Shown here: piece after piece, positions 1-8,422 of the stretch
How the letters are laid out: each line of letters starts with the position of its first letter
How positions within the stretch are numbered: position 1 is the first letter of the stretch
Assembly: GCF_016592615.1 (NCBI RefSeq)
Contig: NZ_AP013043.1
Span: 30,001 to 62,000, forward strand
Direction: 5' to 3'
DNA: 32,000 nt
From: Isorropodon fossajaponicum endosymbiont JTNG4
GTDB lineage: Bacteria > Pseudomonadota > Gammaproteobacteria > PS1 > Pseudothioglobaceae
The notes under the pieces: generated by a model
What the model saw: the letters and a program-made list of their open reading frames with translations, nothing else
Told to the model about the DNA's origin: nothing
The model's database searches: none
Program-made: the position numbers and the translations under genes

Positions 1-2
1 TT

Positions 3-164
3 AATCTAAAAGAAGCAAAAAACATGGTTTCTGTACAAATTAGTCATTTACTGCGCTTAGAATTGTGTGACAAATTGCCTGTTGATATTATTGAAAATAA
101 CCTAGGTATCGCTGACTTAACTCAGAAAATTAATCAATTGTATAAAAAATTAATCAATTTGTAG
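3..164 (+). CDS. 3' end of an unidentified CDS that starts upstream of the window
   Basis: Frame is open from the window edge to TAG at 162-164. Translation: NLKEAKNMVSVQISHLLRLELCDKLPVDIIENNLGIADLTQKINQLYKKLINL*. No family recognised. Overlaps the 3' end of the convergent ferredoxin pseudogene by about 15 nt. Confidence 0.3.
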   Translation, partial: NLKEAKNMVSVQISHLLRLELCDKLPVDIIENNLGIADLTQKINQLYKKLINL

Positions 165-461
165 TCTTTTAACAACATTACCATTAATTAGATGTTTGGT
201 GATAATATCATTAATATCCTCTTCATCAATATACTGATACCAAACATTATCAGGATAAACAACTACCACAGGTCCATATTCACAGCTCCCAAACAGCGCG
301 ACTCACTGACCCCAATTTTACCCTCGCCCATAAATACCCTCTTGGCGACATTTATCTTTAGCGTAACGATACATCACTTTAGCATTAAGTTGTGCGCAAC
401 ACGCCTTGCCGTTTTTACGCATGTTGTTACAAAAGAAAATATGCCGTGTATAAAAGCTCAT
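150..461 (-). pseudogene. Thioredoxin-like [2Fe-2S] ferredoxin-domain gene, disrupted by an out-of-frame middle segment with two stops
   Basis: Hand translation of the minus strand from ATG at 461-459 gives MSFYTRHIFFCNNMRKNGKACCAQLNAKVMYRYAKDKCRQEGIYGRG*NWGQ*VALFGSCEYGPVVVVYPDNVWYQYIDEEDINDIITKHLINGNVVKRLQID*. Both flanks match the small (2Fe-2S) ferredoxin-domain family (HIFFC...ACC...C-x3-C...GPVVVVYPD..WY). The middle 15 codons fit that family only in the +1 frame (GEGKIGVSESRCLG). Stops are TAA at 320-318 and TGA at 305-303. Below the ORF-track length cutoff. Track ORF 192..494(+) is its antisense shadow. Confidence 0.6.
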
Positions 462-472
462 CAAAAAAATCC

Positions 473-1303
473 TTATAAACCAATAGCGCGCTGATAGCAG
501 TATTTTTTATCAATACCAGTTATTTTGGCTGCAAGCTTAGCGGCTTTTGCTGCACCCATCTCAGCGAGTAAAATGGGTAATATTTTATCCAACACCTCCT
601 CTCCTGATATTTTATTATCTTTATCTACCGCAGAAATAAGAATCACAAACTCACCTTTTTGGTGTGCGTCATCTGTTTGTAAATAATCAATCAAATTTGA
701 CAAAGTGTCTGTTTTAATCGTCTCAAACGACTTAGTCAACTCTTTGGCAAAACAAACAATGCGCTCATTACCTAGTACCGTTTGTAAATCTTGCGCACAG
801 GAAAGAATGCGTTTAGGCGATTCATAAAAAATAACCACTTCATTGATGTGAGCAATTGAACGAATTGCTTTCAGACGTGCTGATTGCTTACTGGGTAAAA
901 AACCAAAAAAACTGAATTTATCGCTAGCAATCCCTGATGCACTAATTGCGCTAATCATGGCGTTAGAGCCAGGAATGGGTGACACACTAATACCTGCTTT
1001 TTTTGCCTCGCTCACTAATACATAGCCTGGGTCGCTAATAAGTGGTGTGCCTGCATCGCTAATCAACGCAATATGCTTGCCTGCTAATAATTCACTGATT
1101 ACATCGGGCGTTTTATGCCTTTCATTATGTTCATGAAAGGCATACATGGGTGTTGTAATGTCATAATGATTAAGCAAGTGTTTGGAATGGCGTGTGTCCT
1201 CTGCTAGAATAATATCAACTATTTTTAGCATTTCAATCGCCCTAAAAGTGATATCATCTAGGTTTCCAATTGGTGTGGCAACAATATAAAGCGTTCCGTT
1301 CAT
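473..1303 (-). CDS. rsmI: 16S rRNA (cytidine1402-2'-O)-methyltransferase RsmI
   Basis: GTLYIVATPIGNLDDITFRAIEMLKIVDIILAEDTRHSKHLL and ISDAGTPLISDPGY motifs are colinear with E. coli RsmI (YraL). The start is placed at the MNGTLY methionine (1303). The ORF stays open to 1330, so the start is uncertain. Confidence 0.9.
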   Translation of the reverse strand: MNGTLYIVATPIGNLDDITFRAIEMLKIVDIILAEDTRHSKHLLNHYDITTPMYAFHEHNERHKTPDVISELLAGKHIALISDAGTPLISDPGYVLVSEAKKAGISVSPIPGSNAMISAISASGIASDKFSFFGFLPSKQSARLKAIRSIAHINEVVIFYESPKRILSCAQDLQTVLGNERIVCFAKELTKSFETIKTDTLSNLIDYLQTDDAHQKGEFVILISAVDKDNKISGEEVLDKILPILLAEMGAAKAAKLAAKITGIDKKYCYQRAIGL

Positions 1304-1649
1304 GTTTAGTTTTAAAAGAAAAATTGGCAATCAGGCAGAAGACATTGCATTGGCATATTTGTCCAAACAGCGTCTTAAACTCATTGAAAAAAATTATTTA
1401 ACCCTATTGGGTGAAATAGATATTATTATGCTTGATAAAATTAGCCAAACATTAGTTTTTATTGAAGTTCGCTATCGTGCTAATATTCGTTTTGGCACTG
1501 CGATAGAAACGGTTACTCACAAAAAGCAAGCAAATATAATTCGCACTGCTGAATTATATTTACAAAGACATCAAAAATATCAAGATTATCTGTGCAGGTT
1601 TGATGTTATCGGGCTTGAATCTGATTTAAAATATCCTAAAATCAATTAG
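1302..1649 (+). CDS. yraN: YraN-family (UPF0102) endonuclease-like protein
   Basis: G..AEDIALAYL...GEIDIIMLD...LVFIEVRYR...RFDVI pattern typical of YraN. Sits divergent from rsmI, as in E. coli. Confidence 0.85.
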   Translation: MFSFKRKIGNQAEDIALAYLSKQRLKLIEKNYLTLLGEIDIIMLDKISQTLVFIEVRYRANIRFGTAIETVTHKKQANIIRTAELYLQRHQKYQDYLCRFDVIGLESDLKYPKIN

Positions 1650-1678
1650 ATAAAAGACGCTTTCGAAAACTAAACATC

Positions 1679-2428
1679 ATGAAAAAAATCACTCTATCAA
1701 TACTTCTAATAGCAATCTCTTTATTTCTAACAAGTTGTGCACCAACCATTCAAGGCGCCTCAACCGTTAGTTCGGTCATTTCAATAAGTAATGACAGACG
1801 TAGTATTGGAGAAATACTAGATGATAAAACTATTGCTTTAAGGCTATTAACCTGGTCTGGCGAAGATTCAACACTAAGTGATGCGCATCTTAATTTCATG
1901 GTTTATAACAAAACAGTACTCATTACTGGAGAAGTATCAACACCCGAAATGCGCATTTATGCTAGCAAGCAAGCACAACTTCAAGTGCCAAAAATTTCAC
2001 AAATATTTAATGAAATCAAACTTGGGTCTTCAAGCGGGCTGCTCAGCCGAGCCAAAGATTCAACCATCACCATACAAGTCGAGTTCTTATTTCAAAACCA
2101 GGAAGTGTTTCATCCAACCCATGTTCGAGTAATGACTGAAGACCAAGTGATTTATTTAATGGGTGCTTTAACTAAACGCGAAGCAGATATGGCCGCCAAA
2201 ACTGCTGCTAAAGCCAAAGGCACTTACAAGGTTGTAAAGTTATTTGATTATCTAAAAACTCGTCCCAAAGCTGAAATAGAACGTGATAGGCTTAAAGCAC
2301 TTGAGGATAAGCGTAGAATTGAACTTGAAAAACAACAAGCCGAGCTTGAGGCAAAGAAAGCCGACCTACAGCGTCAAATTAGGGCGCTAGGTAGCAATAC
2401 TACAGGGACAAATTTTTCACCGGAGTAA
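1679..2428 (+). CDS. dolP: Dual-BON-domain outer-membrane lipoprotein (DolP/YraP-like) with a C-terminal coiled-coil extension
   Basis: Lipobox LFLTSC; colinear with E. coli DolP (DRRSIGEILDD..., VYLMGALTKREADMAAKTAAKAKG). Same yra-cluster context. About 55 extra C-terminal residues are rich in E/K/R/L heptads. Confidence 0.8.
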   Translation: MKKITLSILLIAISLFLTSCAPTIQGASTVSSVISISNDRRSIGEILDDKTIALRLLTWSGEDSTLSDAHLNFMVYNKTVLITGEVSTPEMRIYASKQAQLQVPKISQIFNEIKLGSSSGLLSRAKDSTITIQVEFLFQNQEVFHPTHVRVMTEDQVIYLMGALTKREADMAAKTAAKAKGTYKVVKLFDYLKTRPKAEIERDRLKALEDKRRIELEKQQAELEAKKADLQRQIRALGSNTTGTNFSPE

Positions 2429-2634
2429 ATGAATATCGGTGCTCATTAATGGTGCCAAACTTTGTCATCGTACTTGCCTCGCCCACTGCCCACTGGCATT
2501 GATGAGTAATCAGTGTATATAAAATCTCACGCTTTTTCTCACTAAGCTTTTTTGAATCAGTCAATTCAGACAAACCAAAATCATTTGGTAAAATAACAAC
2601 CTCTGCCAACTTCATCCACACCCGCAATAATCAT
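2400..2634 (-). pseudogene. rnhB: Remnant of RNase HII (rnhB): N-terminal frameshift plus a large internal deletion
   Basis: ATG at 2634 reads MIIAGVDEVGRGCYFTK*, the RNase HII metal-binding motif GVDEVGRG. The adjacent frame (track ORF 2400..2627) reads VVILPNDFGLSELTDSKKLSEKKREILY...GEAS, then jumps directly to the extreme C-terminal motif NEHRYSFTPVKNLSL*. E. coli RnhB has DSKKLSEKRR ... EHHRSFGPVKRALGL. About 110 central residues are absent. Confidence 0.6.
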
Positions 2635-2742
2635 TAACACTCTCTTCAATCTAACTCAAATGGTTCAAAGGGTGACTTCCACACTTAAAGAAAATTTCAA
2701 AAAAAATAACGTCATGCTTAATAACATTTATTTTTCTACTAG

Positions 2743-4011
2743 CTATACAATAGCTTTAAAGCCGATATCATCCCGATAATAAGCACCCTCCCAATTGATT
2801 TTTTTCACCAATTGGTAGGCTTTAGTTTGAGCATCTAAGATACCTTCACCCAAAGCAGTTGCACATAAAACGCGCCCACCACTGGAGAGAACCTTGCCAT
2901 TTTCTAGTTTTGTTCCTGCGTGGAAAACTTTAGCGTCTTGGCTATTTTTTGGCAGTGTAATTAATTCGTTGGTTTTGTAAGCATTTGGATAGCCTTGTGC
3001 AGCTAAAACCACACCAAGGCAAGTGCGCTCATCCCACTCAATACTTGCTTGGTCTAGTTTTTGTTGCGTTGCCAATAGGCATAAGTCTGCTAGATTAGAC
3101 TTAAGACGCATCATAATTGGCTGGGTTTCAGGGTCGCCAAAACGACAGTTATATTCCAATACTTTAAAATTACTATCTTGGTCAATCATCAATCCTGCGT
3201 ATAAAAGCCCTGTGTAGGTATTTCCTTCTGCTGCCATTGCATTAACAGTTGGGTAAATAACTTTATCCATCACTGCCTGAAAAATCTCATCAGTAACAAT
3301 AGGTGCTGGAGAATAAGCGCCCATACCACCAGTGTTTGGACCTTTATCATTATTATCACGGGCTTTATGGTCTTGTGAGGTTGCCATTGGTAAAACATTT
3401 TTACCATCACACATCACAATAAAACTTGCTTCTTCGCCACTCAAAAACTCTTCAATCACCACACGTGAGCCTGCTTTGCCAAAACGATTGTCTTGCAACA
3501 TATCAATAATTGTACCTTCGGCTTCAGCTTGCGTATGAGCAATAATCACGCCCTTGCCTGCAGCCAAGCCATCAGCCTTAATGACGATGGGTGTGCCTTT
3601 ATTTTTAACATATTGAGTAGCAGAGTCTACGTCAGTAAATACACCATAATACGCTGTGGGAATATTATTACGCTTTAAAAAATCCTTGCAAAATGCCTTA
3701 GAGCCCTCAAGTTGTGAAGCGGCTTGAGTGGGTCCAAAAATTGCCAAACCCTCGGCTTGAAAATTATCAACCACGCCTATTACCAGTGGCGCTTCAGGAC
3801 CAACAATGGTTAAATCAATTTGATTGGCTTTTACAAAAGTAATTAAACTTGCTACATCCTCTACAGCAATATCAACATTAGCCAACTTATTTTCTAACTG
3901 TGTGCCAGCATTGCCAGGGGCAACAAACACTTGACTGACTGCATCAAATTTGGCACACTGCCAAGCTAAAGCGTGTTCACGACCACCGCCACCAATAACT
4001 AAAACTTTCAT
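2743..4011 (-). CDS. purD: Phosphoribosylamine-glycine ligase (GAR synthetase)
   Basis: MKVLVIGGGGREHALAW N-terminus and full-length ATP-grasp PurD colinearity (422 aa). Confidence 0.95.
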   Translation of the reverse strand: MKVLVIGGGGREHALAWQCAKFDAVSQVFVAPGNAGTQLENKLANVDIAVEDVASLITFVKANQIDLTIVGPEAPLVIGVVDNFQAEGLAIFGPTQAASQLEGSKAFCKDFLKRNNIPTAYYGVFTDVDSATQYVKNKGTPIVIKADGLAAGKGVIIAHTQAEAEGTIIDMLQDNRFGKAGSRVVIEEFLSGEEASFIVMCDGKNVLPMATSQDHKARDNNDKGPNTGGMGAYSPAPIVTDEIFQAVMDKVIYPTVNAMAAEGNTYTGLLYAGLMIDQDSNFKVLEYNCRFGDPETQPIMMRLKSNLADLCLLATQQKLDQASIEWDERTCLGVVLAAQGYPNAYKTNELITLPKNSQDAKVFHAGTKLENGKVLSSGGRVLCATALGEGILDAQTKAYQLVKKINWEGAYYRDDIGFKAIV

Positions 4012-4634
4012 AAGTACTCCGTAATAAATTCTTTAAATTTTTTATGTGACATAATTTGCGTACCATCGCAATTAAACAACATTGATACGGTTGAATTAAA
4101 CAAATTAATGGTAATTGAGCGTAAATAATAGCCCTCAAGATGGCGTAATTTTGGAATGTTTTGTAAGATAAAATGCAAATCATCCTCATGGGTTAACTGC
4201 TGCATTTTTTGATTTCTATCTAATAAAGACTGTTGCCAATCTTTTGAAAGAAGGGCAAAGGTCTTGTCTTTTTCAAGCATTAGGTAGATGCGTTTAATAA
4301 GTTTGTCCTTTTCATCAAGGCTAATTTTATTAAAATGAAAATAAACATAGTCAGGCTTTAGCAAATCATCTGCCAAATGCACCTCGGTATTAAACGGATC
4401 AAATACTGAGGCAACACGCACTTCTGCATTATTAAGCCCAATCACCAAACGATATGCGCCCGTTTTAAGCAACAAAAATAGCCAAACATCGACCAACTCG
4501 TCTAAGTGGTCATCGACAATATTAAAAGCTCGCTCACGGTTATAAACACTTTCTCGCAGGCTTTTATCACCCTTGATAGAGTGCATTAGATTGTTATTAA
4601 AATAATAGCCGACTAGTGCCTCTTTTTTGTTCAT
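4008..4634 (-). CDS. Hypothetical protein, no recognisable family
   Basis: 208-aa ORF. Its start overlaps the truB stop by 4 nt (ATGA) and its stop overlaps the purD start by 4 nt. No motif I can assign and no TM segments evident. Confidence 0.6.
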   Translation of the reverse strand: MNKKEALVGYYFNNNLMHSIKGDKSLRESVYNRERAFNIVDDHLDELVDVWLFLLLKTGAYRLVIGLNNAEVRVASVFDPFNTEVHLADDLLKPDYVYFHFNKISLDEKDKLIKRIYLMLEKDKTFALLSKDWQQSLLDRNQKMQQLTHEDDLHFILQNIPKLRHLEGYYLRSITINLFNSTVSMLFNCDGTQIMSHKKFKEFITEYL

Positions 4635-5539
4635 ACAAATAACCTTTTTGGTGCAATTATCCCATTTTCTTGACGCTGTCCAATGCCCAAAAATTGTTTT
4701 TTCTCATCAAATAATTTTACTTTGAGCAATCCTTGCTTATCTGTTTGAACTTCTCTACCAAACTTGATATCCACACTTTGAGTCTCACTCAGATGAACAC
4801 CCTCAAGATTTGGTAGCATGGTCTCACTAGCAAGAATTTTCTCATCTAGCGCTTGATAATCATCCGATGCCAACGCCTCAAGATCAGAAAATTTAAAGGT
4901 TTGGCTGACATCAATATGTGCAAAGCCTGTGCGCCTGAGCTCAACAACATGTGCACCACAACCTAGTTTTTTGCCAATATCTTCTATTAAAGTGCGAATA
5001 TAAGTACCTGTAGAACACGTTACTTCAAGCGAAAGTATGCCATTTTCATAACCAAGATAAGTCATTTTATAAATGGTAACTGGGCGCGCTTCTCTTTTTA
5101 CCTCTATGCCTTGTCTGGCAAGTTTATACAATGGTTGTCCATCTCTTTTGAGCGCTGAATACATAGGCGGAATCTGCAAAATATCACCTTTAAAACTTGT
5201 GGCTGCGCTAATAATTTCGCTTTCATTTAGATGTTCAAAAGGTTGAACTTTGATAATACTGCCTTCGCAATCACCTGTATCGCTCATTTGCCCCAATTTA
5301 GCGCGCACAAAATAACGCTTATCATCCTCTAGTAAAAATTGTGCAACTTTAGTTGCTTGGCCTAAAAAAATTGGCAAAATGCCACTTGCCAAAGGGTCTA
5401 GCGCGCCTGCATGTCCCGCCTTTTTAGCAAAAAAAAGTCGTTTTACTTTTTGTAAGGCAGCATTAGAACTTAAGCCAACATCTTTATCTAATAAAACAAT
5501 ACCATTAATGTCCCTACCTTTTGGATTGCGTCTTGACAT
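4631..5539 (-). CDS. truB: tRNA pseudouridine(55) synthase
   Basis: GIVLLDKDVGLSSN...KAGHAGALDPLASGILPI catalytic-Asp motif plus a PUA-like C-terminus. Operon position after rbfA. Confidence 0.95.
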   Translation of the reverse strand: MSRRNPKGRDINGIVLLDKDVGLSSNAALQKVKRLFFAKKAGHAGALDPLASGILPIFLGQATKVAQFLLEDDKRYFVRAKLGQMSDTGDCEGSIIKVQPFEHLNESEIISAATSFKGDILQIPPMYSALKRDGQPLYKLARQGIEVKREARPVTIYKMTYLGYENGILSLEVTCSTGTYIRTLIEDIGKKLGCGAHVVELRRTGFAHIDVSQTFKFSDLEALASDDYQALDEKILASETMLPNLEGVHLSETQSVDIKFGREVQTDKQGLLKVKLFDEKKQFLGIGQRQENGIIAPKRLFV

Positions 5540-5563
5540 GGGGTGAGTTGATGCAACAGTCTG

Positions 5564-5911
5564 TTAAAGTTTAGACAGTAGTTGTTCAATTCTTGCGCCC
5601 GTGTTAGGCGCAGGATCAAAGATAAATCTAAGTGCAGGTGTATGGCGAAGCTCTAGCGTTTTTGACAAACGCGAACGAAAAAAACCACTGGCTTTACCAA
5701 GTAACGGCTCAACCACTGCCCTGTCTTCTTTAGTGACTGTATAAAAAACCTTGGCACTGCTTAAGTCACGACTTGCCAATACATCAGTAATCACCACGCC
5801 ACTTAATCTTGGGTCTTTAGTAGCAGTTCTTAATAATAACGTCAACTCACGACGAATAAGTTCGTTAATTCTTTCAACTCTATAAGAGGCTTGTTCTAAC
5901 ACTTGTATCAA
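5564..5911 (-). CDS. rbfA: Ribosome-binding factor A
   Basis: RVERINELIRRELTLLL...VVITDV..S.DLS.AKVFY pattern. Lies between infB and truB. Confidence 0.9.
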   Translation of the reverse strand: MIQVLEQASYRVERINELIRRELTLLLRTATKDPRLSGVVITDVLASRDLSSAKVFYTVTKEDRAVVEPLLGKASGFFRSRLSKTLELRHTPALRFIFDPAPNTGARIEQLLSKL

Positions 5912-5919
5912 AAACTCAA

Positions 5920-8367
5920 TTAAAGTGTACGTGCCCTTTCAACACGTTCAAAAACTTCTATTTGATCGCCCGGCTGAACATCTGTGTAATTAAGGACGCC
6001 AATACCACATTCAGTACCTGATTTCACTTCATTAACATCGTCTTTAAAGCGTCTTAGTGATTCTAGCTCACCCTCAAAAATAACCACGCTATCGCGCAAT
6101 ACTCGGATTGGGCTGTCACGCCTGACCACACCTTCCTCAACCATACACCCTGCAATATCACCCATTTTTTGAGATCTAAATACATCCTTAACAAAGGCAA
6201 TACCAATAATATTTTCACTCAATTCAGGGCTGAGTAAACCGCTCATAATCGCCTTAACATCATCAATTAAATTATAAATAATTGAATAATACTCAACACG
6301 AACACCTTCATTGTCAGCCGTCTTACGTGCAACGGCATCAGCACGCACATTAAAGCCAAGCACCAAAGCGTTAGAAGTTGCCGCTAGTGTAATATCAGTA
6401 TTGTTGATACCACCAACACCACTTGACACTACTTTTACTCTAACTTCATCCGTTGATAATTCTTCCAAGGTTTCAATCAATGCTTGCGCCGAACCTCTAA
6501 CATCCGCTTTAAGCAATATATTAACGGTTGAAACATCGCCTTCTTCCATTTTCATTAGGAAGTTTTCCATCTTCGATGCTTGTTGTTTTTGCAATTGTGC
6601 TTCACGATCTTTGGCTTTTCTAAAATCAGCCACTTCACGAGCTTTACGCTCACTATCCACCACCAACACTTCATCACCAGAGTTAGGGACACCAGACAAG
6701 CCTAGCACCTCTACAGGCATTGACGGTGTGGCTGATTTAAGTACTTTGCCTTTATCATCCACAATTTGCTTCACTTTGCCATATTCAAATCCAGCAATCA
6801 TGATATCGCCTTTGTTCAACGTGCCCGATTGCACCAAAATAGTGGTGACTTTGCCACGGCCTTTTTCAAGGCGTGCTTCTAGTACAGTACCATGTGCTGG
6901 CGCTTTAATCACAGCTGAAAATTCTAAAACCTCAGCAGTTAGTGAAATTGCGTCTAATAAAGCATCCACACCTTCGCCAGTATGCGCTGATACGGGTATC
7001 ATCATCACATCGCCACCCCAGTCTTCAGAGATAACATTATGCGTTGAAAGAGCTTGCTTAATTTTGTCAATATCCATTCCTTCCTTGTCTATCTTATTAA
7101 TGGCAACAATTATTGGCACGCCTGCGGTTTGTGCGTGTTTGATAGACTCAATCGTTTGTGGCATCACGCCATCATCGGCAGCTACCACCAAAATAACAAT
7201 ATCAGTTGCATTAGCGCCACGAGAGCGCATTTTCGAAAACGCTGCATGCCCTGGTGTGTCAATAAAAGTAATGGTATTACCATTGGATTGAACTTGGTAA
7301 GCACCAATGTGTTGCGTAATACCACCAGCTTCATCGTGCGCTACTTTGGTTTGACGAATGTAATCAAGCAATGAGGTTTTGCCATGGTCAACATGACCCA
7401 TAATGGTTACAATAGGTGGTCTAGCACTTTCATTACCACTAGATTTTGATTGCTCAATTAATACATCTTCAATAGTTTCTTCAACACTGGCAATACCTTT
7501 ATGCCCCATTTCTTCTACAACTAACATGGCGGTATCTTGGTCAATCACATCATTTAGTGTTACCATAACACCCATGCCCATCAACACTTTAAGCACTTCT
7601 CCAGCTTTGGTAGCCATCTTTTGTGCAAGTTCGGTTACTTTAATATTCTTAGCAATAGCGATTTCATGAATCACTTTTTCAACAGGCTTTTGAAAAGCAT
7701 GTTGCGCCTGCTCTTCTTGTACTTTTTGTGACAAGCGTGTTCTGTCTTTTTTCTTCAGCTTTCGATTTGGATTATGTCTAACAACGTGAAGTTGCCTGCG
7801 AGTATTATTACCACTAGGTGCATTACGCAAGCGTTTAGGTTTTTTATCTTCTTTAGACTTATCCGACGTTTTGGGTTTTTCAACTTTTTTTGCAGTTTCT
7901 TGCACTGACGCTTGTTTGACCGTTTCTTTCTGGGCTTTTAGTGCCTCTACTTGGGTTTTTTGCAAACGCATCATCTCCAAACGCTTGGCATCTTGGACTA
8001 ATAATTTTTCATCTGCATCACGACCAGCATCCAAGGCGGCTTGAGCAGCTTGAGCAGCTTTATTAACAGCGATTTCAGGCTGTTTATCAGTCGTTGTGGC
8101 TGACTTTGTAAGGCGTTTTTTCTTAACTTGCACCTTAATACCACTTGCTGAACCGGTACTAGACTTAGTACCTACCTTACGAGAGACAGACATACTAGAT
8201 TTACTACTTGAGCGTTTTGAAAGACTGCTCATCAAAAATTTTCTTTCTTCTGCTGAAATGACAGAGTCTAAATTTTTACCATAAACGCCAGCATTATCCA
8301 GAATTGTGATTACCTCATCAGGCGTCTTTTTCAATAATTTAGAGAGTGTTTGAACTGTGTGTGCCAT
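5920..8367 (-). CDS. infB: Translation initiation factor IF-2
   Basis: GTPase core [16 protein letters not shown]...DTPGH...NKIDK, a charged K/E/A-rich N-terminal region, and the conserved C-terminal domains. 815 aa. Confidence 0.97.
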   Translation of the reverse strand: MAHTVQTLSKLLKKTPDEVITILDNAGVYGKNLDSVISAEERKFLMSSLSKRSSSKSSMSVSRKVGTKSSTGSASGIKVQVKKKRLTKSATTTDKQPEIAVNKAAQAAQAALDAGRDADEKLLVQDAKRLEMMRLQKTQVEALKAQKETVKQASVQETAKKVEKPKTSDKSKEDKKPKRLRNAPSGNNTRRQLHVVRHNPNRKLKKKDRTRLSQKVQEEQAQHAFQKPVEKVIHEIAIAKNIKVTELAQKMATKAGEVLKVLMGMGVMVTLNDVIDQDTAMLVVEEMGHKGIASVEETIEDVLIEQSKSSGNESARPPIVTIMGHVDHGKTSLLDYIRQTKVAHDEAGGITQHIGAYQVQSNGNTITFIDTPGHAAFSKMRSRGANATDIVILVVAADDGVMPQTIESIKHAQTAGVPIIVAINKIDKEGMDIDKIKQALSTHNVISEDWGGDVMMIPVSAHTGEGVDALLDAISLTAEVLEFSAVIKAPAHGTVLEARLEKGRGKVTTILVQSGTLNKGDIMIAGFEYGKVKQIVDDKGKVLKSATPSMPVEVLGLSGVPNSGDEVLVVDSERKAREVADFRKAKDREAQLQKQQASKMENFLMKMEEGDVSTVNILLKADVRGSAQALIETLEELSTDEVRVKVVSSGVGGINNTDITLAATSNALVLGFNVRADAVARKTADNEGVRVEYYSIIYNLIDDVKAIMSGLLSPELSENIIGIAFVKDVFRSQKMGDIAGCMVEEGVVRRDSPIRVLRDSVVIFEGELESLRRFKDDVNEVKSGTECGIGVLNYTDVQPGDQIEVFERVERARTL

Positions 8368-8422
8368 ATGCTTGCCTATATTTTTTTTATAATTATTAAC
8401 TTAAATAAATTCTAACGCTAAA

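Noticed and set aside
192-494. 100-aa plus-strand ORF from the track
   Set aside because: It lies antisense to the recognisable ferredoxin-domain pseudogene and runs into the rsmI 3' end. Its I/N-rich translation looks like AT-rich noise.
6311-7291. 326-aa ORF on the plus strand (plus the 7054..7374, 7403..7669 and 8096..8284 ORFs)
   Set aside because: All lie entirely antisense to infB. They are low-complexity S/T/A/P-rich translations typical of shadow frames opposite a strongly conserved gene, with no start context or recognisable family.
8040-8057. 9-bp tandem repeat (cttgagcag x2) in infB
   Set aside because: It encodes AAQAAQ in the low-complexity N-terminal region of IF-2. Such repeats are common there and nothing further is implied.
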